Part shown: positions 1 to 7,554 of the stretch, in pieces | How positions within the stretch are numbered: the stretch's first letter is position 1 | Layout of the letters: each line of letters starts with the position of its first letter | Notes under the pieces: model-generated | Seen by the model: only the letters and a program-made list of their open reading frames with translations | Told to the model about the DNA's origin: nothing | Database searches by the model: none | Assembly: GCF_006345805.1 (NCBI RefSeq) | Contig: NW_021826947.1 | Location: forward strand, 1 to 11,617 | Length of the DNA: 11,617 nt | Direction of reading: 5' to 3' | Source of the DNA: Octopus sinensis | Lineage: Eukaryota | Made by a program: the position numbers and the translations under genes

Positions 1-550
1 TAATATTATTTTAAGGGCATAGTCACTGGTACTAAATGCAATTATTTTTAATGCCATAGCTACTAGTACTGATAGACATATTTTAAGAGCATAATCACTG
101 GTCTAAATGCAATTATTTTTAATGCATAGCTACTAGTATGATAGACATATTTTAAGGCATAGTCACTGGTACTAAATGCAATTATTTTTAATGCCGTAGC
201 TACTAGTACTGATAAGACATATTTTAAGGGCATAGTCACTGGTACTAATGCAATTTTTTTAATGCCATAGCTACTAGTACTGATAGACATATTTTAAGGG
301 CATAGTCACTGGTACTAAATGCAATTATTTTTAATGCCATAGCTACTAGTACTGATAGACATATTTTAAGGGCATAGTCACTGGTACTAAATGCAATTAT
401 TTTTAATGCCATAGCTACTAGTACTGATAGACATATTTTAAGGGCATAGTCACTGGTACTAAATGCAATTATTTTTAATGCCATAGCTACTAGTACTGAT
501 AGACGTATTTTAAGAGCATAATCACTGATACTAAATGCTATTACTTTTAA
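1..550. repeat. 72-bp tandem minisatellite, about 7.5 copies, probably continuing left of the window
   Basis: Unit gggcatagtcactggtactaaatgcaattatttttaatgccatagctactagtactgatagacatattttaa starts at about 15, 87, 156, 228, 298, 370, 442 and 514. Confidence 0.95.
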
Positions 551-967
551 TGGTATAATCACTTAGCCTGGGAGTTAAGTTTTAATGGCTCAGTGACCCA
601 AATTAGGGAAGTGCCCATGACTTTTTGCAGGGATACTGAAAATGGTGGTGAATGGAGACAAGAATCCGTGGAACAGAAACTAACAAAGCGGGCTCTACTA
701 AAAGGGCTGTCAATGACATGGTGGTGATGGTGTTGATGGTGGTGGGTGCTAAACCTGGCGATACGTTGGTCCCCGTATGCTATTACAACGTGTTGTTATT
801 TAGGTGAATCATGTAGAGATTGCATTTTTGAAGGATAAAATGTTTTTCTCTGTTCCACCCTGCCTTCCCACCGTCATTTCAAATGAGATGAGAGAAAAAA
901 AAATCCGATATGCAAATGTGGATGCTAATGAAACCAATGAAAATTGTAGTAGTTTAATCAAATAATT

Positions 968-1064
968 TGACCTCAGCAGAATTTGAACTCAGAACATAAA
1001 AACAGATGAAATACCACTAAACATTTCATCCAGTGCGCTAACAATCCTGCCAGTTCACTGCCTT
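968..1064 (-). mobile_element. Degenerate 5' fragment of tRNA-derived SINE (family B)
   Basis: Aligns by eye to the intact copy at 3790-4022 (gacctcagcagaatttgaactc...gcgctaacaatcctgccagttcactgcc); box B GAGTTCAAATTC on the minus strand. Confidence 0.75.
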
Positions 1065-1200
1065 AATAATAATAATAATAATAATAATAATTATAATAAT
1101 AATAATTATAATAATAATTATAATAATAATAATAATAATAATAATTGTAATAATAATTATAATAATAATAATTGTAATAATAATTATAATAATAATAATT

Positions 1201-1255
<55 letters not shown>

Positions 1256-1292
1256 TAATAATAATAATAACAATAATAATAATAATTATAAT
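1065..1292. repeat. Long (AAT)n microsatellite with ATT/GTA/AAC variants
   Basis: Directly visible; source of the spurious poly-Ile ORF 1038..1301. Confidence 0.98.
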
Positions 1293-1551
1293 CATCATCA
1301 TCGTTTAGCGTCCGCTTTCCATGCTAGCATGGGTTGGACGGTTCAACTGGGGTCTGTGAAGCCAGAAGGCTTCATCAGGCCCAGTCAGATCTGGCAGTGT
1401 TTCTACGGCTGGATGCCTTTCCTAACGCCAACCACTCCGTGAGTGTAGTGGGTGCTTTTCATGTGCTACCTACACAGGTGCCAGACGAGGCTGGCAAACG
1501 GCCACGAACGGATGGTGCTTTTTATGTGCCACCAGCATGGGGGCTAGGCGA
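1293..1551 (-). mobile_element. SINE family C copy with (GAT)n tail, inserted in an (AAT)n array
   Basis: Plus strand catcatcgtttagcgtccgctttccatgctagcatgggttggacgg...ggatgcctttcctaacgccaaccactcc recurs at 3104, 5766 and 5959, and inverted at about 9060-9213. AAT arrays flank both sides. Confidence 0.9.
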
Positions 1552-1581
1552 ATAATAATTATAATAATAATAATCATAATG

Positions 1582-1620
<39 letters not shown>

Positions 1621-1643
1621 TTAATAATAATAATAATAATAAT
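1552..1643. repeat. (AAT)n microsatellite
   Basis: Directly visible. Confidence 0.97.
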
Positions 1644-1644
1644 T

Positions 1645-1848
1645 TCTGATTTTGGTACAAGACCAACAATTTTTCAGGGATGGGTTTACTTGACACTACT
1701 GACCCCAGCACCTAAACTGGTACTTTGTTTTATCAACCCTGGAGGGAGGAAAAGCAAATCCGACCTTGGTAGGATTTGAACTCAGAATGTAAAGGGCTGG
1801 AAGAAATACTACAAGGTATTATTATTCTGTCCAGCAGTCTTTGCCATT
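1645..1848 (-). mobile_element. Old, degenerate SINE family B-related copy
   Basis: gaccccagcacctaaactggtactttgttttatcaaccc...gaccttggtaggatttgaactcag resembles 3869-3950. Boundaries are approximate. Confidence 0.6.
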
Positions 1849-1949
1849 TCTTTATTGATTCATTTTTTATCGATGATTTGAAAGAGGATAATGAAAGGGA
1901 AACTGAGATATAATTAGCATGATGTAATTAGTAGTAATTAAGATGCCAA

Positions 1950-2101
1950 TGATGATGATAATGACAATAACAATAATAATAAATATTGTAATGATAATAA
2001 TAATAATAGTAATAATAATAGTAATAATAATAGTAATAATAATAATAGTAATAATAATAATAGTAATAATAATAATAGTAATAATAATAATAATAATAAT
2101 A

Positions 2102-2132
<31 letters not shown>

Positions 2133-2152
2133 TTATAATAATAATAATAATA
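1950..2152. repeat. (AAT)n array punctuated by AGT, mostly at 12-15 bp intervals
   Basis: Directly visible; source of the spurious poly-Ile and poly-Tyr ORFs. Confidence 0.97.
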
Positions 2153-2215
2153 TTTTAATACTTTTAACTTGTTGAGTATAATAATTAACATGAAACTTTT
2201 CAAGTCAGATCAGTT

Positions 2216-2217
<2 letters not shown>

Positions 2218-2256
<39 letters not shown>

Positions 2257-2303
2257 TATATATAATATATATGTGTGTGTGTGTGTATATATCTATATGT
2301 GCG

Positions 2304-2340
<37 letters not shown>

Positions 2341-2382
2341 GTGTACGTATATATATATATGTGTACATATATATATATATGT

Positions 2383-2416
<34 letters not shown>

Positions 2417-2445
2417 TTATTATTATATATATATTATATATATAT
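2218..2445. repeat. Compound (TA)n/(GT)n/(CA)n microsatellite
   Basis: Directly visible. Confidence 0.97.
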
Positions 2446-2560
2446 GAGCAAGAGCTGTAGAATGAGCAGTAGTACTAGTAGCTATAGTAAAACTAAACAA
2501 TAAAAAGATAATTTAAGAAGAAAAAGATAATTGTTTTTTAACTTTTGTCTCTATACATAC

Positions 2561-2673
2561 ATCTGTTGGTGTTTGGACATCTCTCCCTCGCTGTCCAGCA
2601 GGCCATTGGTGTTGGCACTTTTTACCATCTGGACAAGAATAGGGGTCAGTTTGCCTTCCAGAGCCAGCAAACC
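2561..2673 (-). CDS. PPIP5K: Third PPIP5K coding exon (113 nt, phase 0-2); absent from the ORF track
   Basis: Minus strand reads aatgttttcAG|GGT TTG CTG...CAA CAG AT|GTatgt. Translation [37 protein letters not shown] matches the recalled motif [21 protein letters not shown](M/T)NGLLD. Phase 0 joins to exon 6186-6304 across a 3512-nt intron. Confidence 0.97.
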
Positions 2674-2827
2674 CTGAAAACATTATTCAGAAGAGAGCAT
2701 TAGGGAAAAAAAAAAAAAATACAAAATAAATATTCGTGAATTTTCGAATGGTGGAACAGTAGACCTTGGAGTACATAAACCAGGTTGAAAAACTCAAAAG
2801 TCTTTGGGATAGAAAAGGTTGAAGGCT

Positions 2828-3030
2828 GTCATGCGTGTGTGTGTGTTTCCCCACTGCCGCTTGACAACTGGTGTTGGTGTGTTTGTGTTCCCGTAACTTA
2901 GCAGTTCGGCAAAAGAAGTCGATAGAATAAGTACCAGGCATAACAAAAAAAAAATAAGTGCTGGGGTCGATCCATTCAACTAGAATAAATTGTTCGAGGT
3001 GATGCCCCAGCATGGCCATAGTAAAAGAAA
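2828..3030 (+). mobile_element. Diverged 3' half of SINE family A
   Basis: cttgacaactggtgttggtgtgttt...cttagcagttcggcaaaa...gatagaataagtaccagg...ggggtcgat...ccccagcatggcc is homologous to 4705-4855. Confidence 0.8.
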
Positions 3031-3041
3031 TGAGGAGATAT

Positions 3042-3101
3042 GAGACTAAACCCAGAACTGTGTGGTTGGGAAACAAGTTTCTTACCACACAGCCATGCCT
3101 G
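3042..3101 (-). mobile_element. Diverged tRNA-like head fragment of SINE family A
   Basis: gagactaaacccagaactgtgtggttgggaaacaagtttcttaccacacagccatgcct is similar to 5348-5408. Confidence 0.7.
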
Positions 3102-3103
3102 TA

Positions 3104-3496
3104 CATCATCATCATCATCATTTAGCATCCGCTTTCCATGCTAGCATGGGTTGGACGGTTTGACCGGGGATCTGGGAAGCCAGAAGGCTGCACCAGGCTC
3201 TTGTCTGATTTGGCAGTGTTTCTACAGCTGGATGCCCTTCCTAACGCCAACCACTCCGTGAGTGTAGTGGGTGCTTTTACGTGCCACCCGCACAGGTGGC
3301 CAGACAGAGCTGGCAAAACGCCACGAACGGATGGTGCTTTTACGTGTCACCGGCACGGGGCCAGGCGAGGCTGGCAACGGGCACGAACGGATGGTGCTTT
3401 TACGTGCCACCGACACGGGGGCCAGACAGAGCTGGCAAACGGCCACGAACGGATGGTGCTTTTACATGTCACCGGCACGGGGGCCAGGTGAGGCTG
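3104..3496 (-). mobile_element. SINE family C copy with an internal tandem array of 60-63 bp units
   Basis: (CAT)n tail on the plus strand, same body as 1293-1551. The motif gtgcttttac recurs at 3271, 3334, 3394 and 3456. Confidence 0.9.
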
Positions 3497-3789
3497 TACC
3501 TATAAATAAAAAAATAAAAATAAGAAAATAGTTTTACTTTTTCATCCATGACCAAAGGGGTTAATGTAAGTAGCCCTGCATCTTTTCTAGAATAAGAAAC
3601 CTACTTTGGTTCCTACTGTCATACTTTATCCTCCTTCCCTACTAAACTCCCATTCAATGGCGACACAATGAAAGAACAAAGAACCTAGAGTACTCTATAA
3701 AGTGGTTGGCATTAGGAAGGGCATCCAGCCATGGAAAGCATGGCAAGGGGGACACTGAAATACAATACAGTCCCCCAGCTCATCAGATC

Positions 3790-4022
3790 CTCACTCTTTA
3801 CTACCCACAAGGGGCTAAACTAAGAGGGGACAAACAAGGACAGACAAACGGATTAAGTCGATTATGTCGACCCCAGTGCGTAACTGGTACTTAGTTTATT
3901 GACCCCGAAAGGATGAAAGGCAAAGTCGACCTCGGCGGAATTTGAACTCGGAACACAACGGCAGACAAAATACGGCTACGCATTTCGCCCGGCGTGCTAA
4001 CGGTTCTGCCAGCTCGCCGCCT
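3790..4022 (-). mobile_element. Near full-length tRNA-derived SINE family B
   Basis: Minus strand GGCGGCGAGCTGGCAGAACCGTTAGC (box A-like)...GAGTTCAAATTCCGCCGAGG (box B), then gcctttcatcctttcggggtcaataaactaagtaccag, which from memory resembles a conserved SINE central domain (unverified). Confidence 0.88.
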
Positions 4023-4097
4023 ACAGACCCTGTTAAATTGTCCACCTCATGACAGCAAGGAAGACAATGGTTAAAAGATGATGATGATGACAGGCAG

Positions 4098-4460
4098 AGA
4101 CATAGCTGTGTGGTAAAACGTCTGCTTCCCAACCACATAGCACTGGGTTCAGTACCACTGCATGGCACCTTGGGCAGGTGTCTTCTACTATAGCCCTGGG
4201 CTGACTAAAACCTTCTGAGTGGATTTGGTAGAAGCCCATTGTGTGTGTGTGTGTGTGTGTGCATGTATGCATGTGTCTTTGTGTTAGTGTCTGACCCTAC
4301 AACCAGTGTTGGTATATTTATGATCCCTATAACTTTGCAGTTCAACAAAAGAAACTGATAGAATAAGTGCCAGGCTTTATTTGATTTCACTTATTCAATT
4401 CATTTGACTAAAATACTTCAGGCTGTGCCTCAGCATGGCCACGGTCTACTGAGTGCAAAA
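4098..4460 (+). mobile_element. Older, diverged full-length SINE family A copy
   Basis: agctgtgtggtaa...gggttcagtaccactgcatggcaccttgggcaggtgtcttctactatagcc...(GT)n...gatagaataagtgccagg...cagcatggcc is collinear with 4483-4895. Confidence 0.85.
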
Positions 4461-4482
4461 AATAAAACTTAAGAGCACCATA

Positions 4483-4895
4483 GGTGCAGGAGTGGCTGTG
4501 TGGTAAGTAGCTTGCTAACCAACCACATGGTTCCGGGTTCAGTCCCACTGCGTGGCATCTTGGGCAAGTGTCTTCTGCTATAGCCCCGGGCCGACCAAAG
4601 CCTTGTGAGTGGATGTGGTAGACGGAAACCGAAAGAAGCCTGTCGTATATATGTATATATATATATGTGTATGTCTGTGTGTGTGTGTGTTTGTCCCCCT
4701 AGCATCACTTGACAACCGATGCTGGTGTGTTTACGTCCCCGTCACTTAGCGGTTCGGCAAAAAAGAGACCGATAGAATAAGTACTGGGCTTACAAAAAGA
4801 ATAAGTCCCGGGGTCGAGTTGCTCGATTAAAGGTGGTGCTCCAGCATGGCCGCAGTCAAATGACTGAAACAAGTAAAAAAGAAAAAAAAAAAAAA
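4483..4895 (+). mobile_element. Young full-length tRNA-derived SINE family A with central microsatellite and A-rich tail
   Basis: Box A TGGCTGTGTGG, box B-like GGTTCAGTCCC, CORE-like cttgggcaagt, internal (TA)/(GT) tract, tail gtaaaaaag(A)n. Near-identical to the reverse complement of 4997-5410. Confidence 0.95.
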
Positions 4896-4970
4896 TACCA
4901 CACTACCATATCTAAAACAACACACCACATTTTCGCACATCATCTCACGGTCACATCCACAACCACTTAA

Positions 4971-5608
4971 CCCTTTAGCATTTAAACCGGCCATATACTC
5001 TTTACTCTTTTTACTTGTTTCAGTCATTTGACTGCGGCCATGCTGGAGCACCGCCTTTAGTCGAGCAACTCGACCCCGGGACTTATTCTTTTTGTAAGCC
5101 CAGTACTTATTCTATCGGTCTCTTTTTGCCGAACCGCTAAGTGACGGGGACTTAAACACACCAGCATCGGTTGTCAAGCAATGCTAGGGGGACAAACACA
5201 GAAACACAAACACACACACACACGTACATATATATATACATATATACGACAGGCTTCTTTTCAGTTTCCGTCTACCAAATCCACTCACAAGGCATTGGTC
5301 GGCCCGGGGCTATAGCAGAAGACACTTGCCCAAGATGCCATGCAGTGGGACTGAACCCGGAACCATGTGGTTGGTTAGCAAGCTACTTACCACACAGCCA
5401 CTCCTGCGCCTATCCGGCCAAAAATATTCTATCTGTTTTATGTTCAAACTGGCCAGATGTGGTCTCTCACACCAACCCTACAATATCGTTTTAAAAATTA
5501 ACAGCGACCTTATCAGAATCTCATAGCTACAAGATAATGCATGATTAGTTCAAAACAATGTGGATAAAAAAGGATTAATTTTGGCAGAATAATCTGAACA
5601 CTAAAGGG
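4971..5608. mobile_element. piggyBac-like MITE (about 220 bp once the nested SINE is removed)
   Basis: TTAA at 4967-4970 and 5609-5612 flank terminal inverted repeats CCCTTTAG...CTAAAGGG. A TTAA TSD with CCC termini is the piggyBac signature. Confidence 0.85.
4997..5410 (-). mobile_element. Young full-length SINE family A, nested inside a TTAA MITE
   Basis: Reverse complement of 4483-4880 with about 10 substitutions outside the microsatellite. Tail (AAAGAGT)2A; possible short TSD 'tat' at 4994-4996 and 5411-5413. Confidence 0.95.
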
Positions 5609-5765
5609 TTAAGGTTAAAAATATCTTTTACCCTTTGGCAATGGGGCTTCATTTGGAGTTTCAGTGCCAAGAAGACAGAGCCCCTTTTCACAAGCCCTAT
5701 AGAGGGCATGCACTTATTATAAAAAATAAAGTAAATTACTTAATATATGTAAAACTACATATATT

Positions 5766-5940
5766 CATCATCATCATCATCATCGTTTAACGTCCGCTTT
5801 CCATGCTGGCATGGGTTGGACGGTTCAACTGGGGTCTTGGAAGCCAGGAGGCTGCACCAGGCCCAGTCTGATCTGGCAGTGTTTCTACAGCTGGATGCCC
5901 TTCCTAACGCCAACCACTCCGAGATTGTAGTGGGTGCTTT
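5766..5940 (-). mobile_element. 5'-truncated SINE family C
   Basis: (CAT)n tail plus body, ending at gtagtgggtgcttt. Confidence 0.9.
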
Positions 5941-5958
5941 ATATATATATGCATATTT

Positions 5959-6100
5959 TTTCCATGCTAGCACAGGTTGGACGGTTTGACCAGGGTCTGG
6001 GAAGCCAGAAGGCTGCACCAGGCTCCAGTCTGATCTGGCACTGTTTCTACAGCTGGATGCCCTTCCTAACGCCAACCACTCCGAGAGTGTAGTGGGTGCT
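5959..6100 (-). mobile_element. Second tandem truncated SINE family C (tail lost)
   Basis: tttccatgctagc...gtagtgggtgct; direct repeat of about 5799-5938. Confidence 0.9.
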
Positions 6101-6185
6101 GAGTCTTTATGAACCATTTGACTTTTCGACCAATAGATCAGCCCTGTTGTTTTTTAAGGGTTAAGATGAGAGAGATGCTACATAC

Positions 6186-6304
6186 CTTAGCAAAAGCAGC
6201 TGCTGTCATTTGAACTCGACCCTCATCGGAGGCATACATCTTGAGATCATGACGAAATGTACTGTGGAGTCGCAGGAACCCGAGACCAGGGGCACCAAAT
6301 TCTC
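6186..6304 (-). CDS. PPIP5K: Next PPIP5K coding exon (119 nt, phase 1-0); absent from the ORF track
   Basis: Minus strand reads tttatttgcttcAG|GA GAA TTT...GCT AAG|GTatgt. Translation (G)[39 protein letters not shown] matches the recalled motif [31 protein letters not shown]. Phase joins correctly to exon 6620-6742. Confidence 0.97.
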
Positions 6305-6418
6305 CTGAAGCAAATAAAAGAGTAAAAAACAGATAAACCTTTTAGCATTTCATCTGGCCAGGTGTGGCCCAAATATGCACACAAATAAAAAAAAAGCAAA
6401 TTTAGGCACATAGGTAGA

Positions 6419-6586
6419 GACACACACATATAGACATTAACACACACGCACACACACACACAGAATCATACAAAGACATGAAGACTGACACAGACTCACA
6501 CATACACACACATACATACAGACACACACAAACATACACACAAACACACACACACACAAACACACACACAAACACACACACACATA
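6419..6586. repeat. Imperfect (CA)n tract, UG-rich on the pre-mRNA strand, within the 315-nt intron
   Basis: Directly visible. Confidence 0.95.
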
Positions 6587-6619
6587 CTAGAAAACATATA
6601 AGCCAAAAATCAGTATTAC

Positions 6620-6742
6620 CTTGTCCACCAGGATAGAGTGTCCTGAAGGCCTTTCCGAGCTCCTCAGCCTGTATTTTGCCAGCAGGGGTCAGCTCTCCTC
6701 CCCATTTCACGATGAGCACCAGAGATGGTTCCCGTGGACAGT
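6620..6742 (-). CDS. PPIP5K: Internal coding exon (123 nt, phase 1-1) of PPIP5K/VIP1-family inositol pyrophosphate kinase/phosphatase
   Basis: Minus strand reads ...gcaatgccAG|AC TGT CCA...GGA CAA G|GTaata, preceded by a pyrimidine-rich tract. Translation (D)[40 protein letters not shown](G) matches the recalled metazoan PPIP5K motif [37 protein letters not shown]. Confidence 0.97.
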
Positions 6743-6946
6743 CTGGCATTGCGACACGGAAAACAGAAGACAGATGAGAATTAAGAGGGGACAAAGATTA
6801 ACTCCAGCACCACACCTCGTTTATTTATTAATGAAATAAGCAGAGAAACCTCTACAGAGTAGCTAGACATGGTAGAAATTGTAACCAAATTTCCCTCAAA
6901 TCAAACTTTACTGTCTTATATGAGCTAATCAGCGGAGACTCTATAT

Positions 6947-7147
6947 CAGCGCTTTTCAACCTTTTTGCTGGAGCGGAACCCCAAGGAAACATTCCACTGG
7001 CTTGAAGAACCCCTGTGCAATAATTTAATAATCTTATGTACACATATCTGCACAGGAGATTTAAAAATTACTGCCAATTTTAGCAGTTTTGTAACTTCTT
7101 GCAGAACCCCTGGATTGTACTGGCAGAACCCTGGTTGAAAACCACTG
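6947..7147 (+). mobile_element. hAT-like MITE copy 1 (201 bp)
   Basis: TIRs CAGCGCTTTTCAACC / GGTTGAAAACCACTG; flanks ctctatat and atatatat are compatible with an imperfect 8-bp TSD. CAGTG-type termini and repeated GGAACCC subterminal motifs resemble hAT-Charlie MITEs. Confidence 0.8.
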
Positions 7148-7214
7148 ATATATATATATATATATGACAAAAGAAGTCTCTACAGGATTCGATGAAGCCA
7201 TATATTGCACATTT

Positions 7215-7335
7215 TATTTATATATATTATATATATATTATATATATATAAATATGTGTATATTTATATATATTATATATATATATATATATATAAATAT
7301 GTGTATATTTAAAACACTATACAATATATATATAT
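7215..7335. repeat. (TA)n-rich tract between the two MITEs
   Basis: Directly visible; contains ataaatatgtgtatattta twice. Confidence 0.9.
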
Positions 7336-7554
7336 CAGTGCTTTTCAAACTTTTTGCTGGAGCGGAACCCCAAGGAAACATTCCACTGGCTCGAGGAACC
7401 CCTGTGCAATAATTTAATAGTCTTATGCACACATATCTGCACAGGAAACTTAAAAATTACTGCCGATTTTAGCAGTTTTGTAACTTCTTGCGGAACCCCT
7501 GGACTATACTGGCGGAACCCTAAGGTTCCGCAGAACCCTGGTTGAAAACCACTG
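7336..7554 (+). mobile_element. hAT-like MITE copy 2 (219 bp), same orientation as copy 1
   Basis: TIRs CAGTGCTTTTCAAAC / GGTTGAAAACCACTG; flanked by (AT)n; collinear with 6947-7147 plus 18 bp. Confidence 0.85.

Noticed and set aside
1-550. CRISPR-like reading of the 72-bp array (and of the 60-63 bp array at 3271-3496)
   Set aside because: There are no unique spacers, the context is a eukaryotic intron, and no cas genes are present.
245-562. ORF with 24-aa repeats (LKIIAFSTSDYALKICLSVLVAMA)
   Set aside because: It follows from the 72-bp unit being divisible by 3. Neighbouring copies carry frameshifting indels, and I see no splice-site or homology support.
621-730. Plus-strand ttttgcAG followed by an open stretch (DTENGGEWRQESVEQKLTKRALLKGLSM)
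   Set aside because: No recognisable homology, antisense to the host gene, and the frame closes at a stop. I also found no convincing next PPIP5K exon (expected VKxRL-like) in 1-2560.
1038-2503. Poly-Ile, poly-Tyr and YI/CV-rich ORFs in the track (also 10305..10793, 11147..11455, 11367..11576)
   Set aside because: These are stop-free readings of (AAT)n, (TA)n and (CA)n microsatellites, not proteins.
3138-3531. Overlapping ORFs of 74-117 aa (also 1334..1555, 5755..6117, 8965..9211, 4469..4708, 5171..5526)
   Set aside because: All lie within SINE copies; the recurring peptides (e.g. WLALGRASSCRN, GTEPGTMWLVSK) are translated repeat sequence.
4483-4555. tRNA gene calls for the SINE heads (also 3940-4022, 5340-5410, 8830-8899)
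   Set aside because: They have A/B boxes but no convincing cloverleaf, and they continue into SINE bodies and tails.
6402-6794. The full 130-aa ORF as a single CDS
   Set aside because: Only 6620-6742 is exon. The N-terminal part is the acceptor's pyrimidine tract and the VC-rich C-terminus is the intronic UG repeat.
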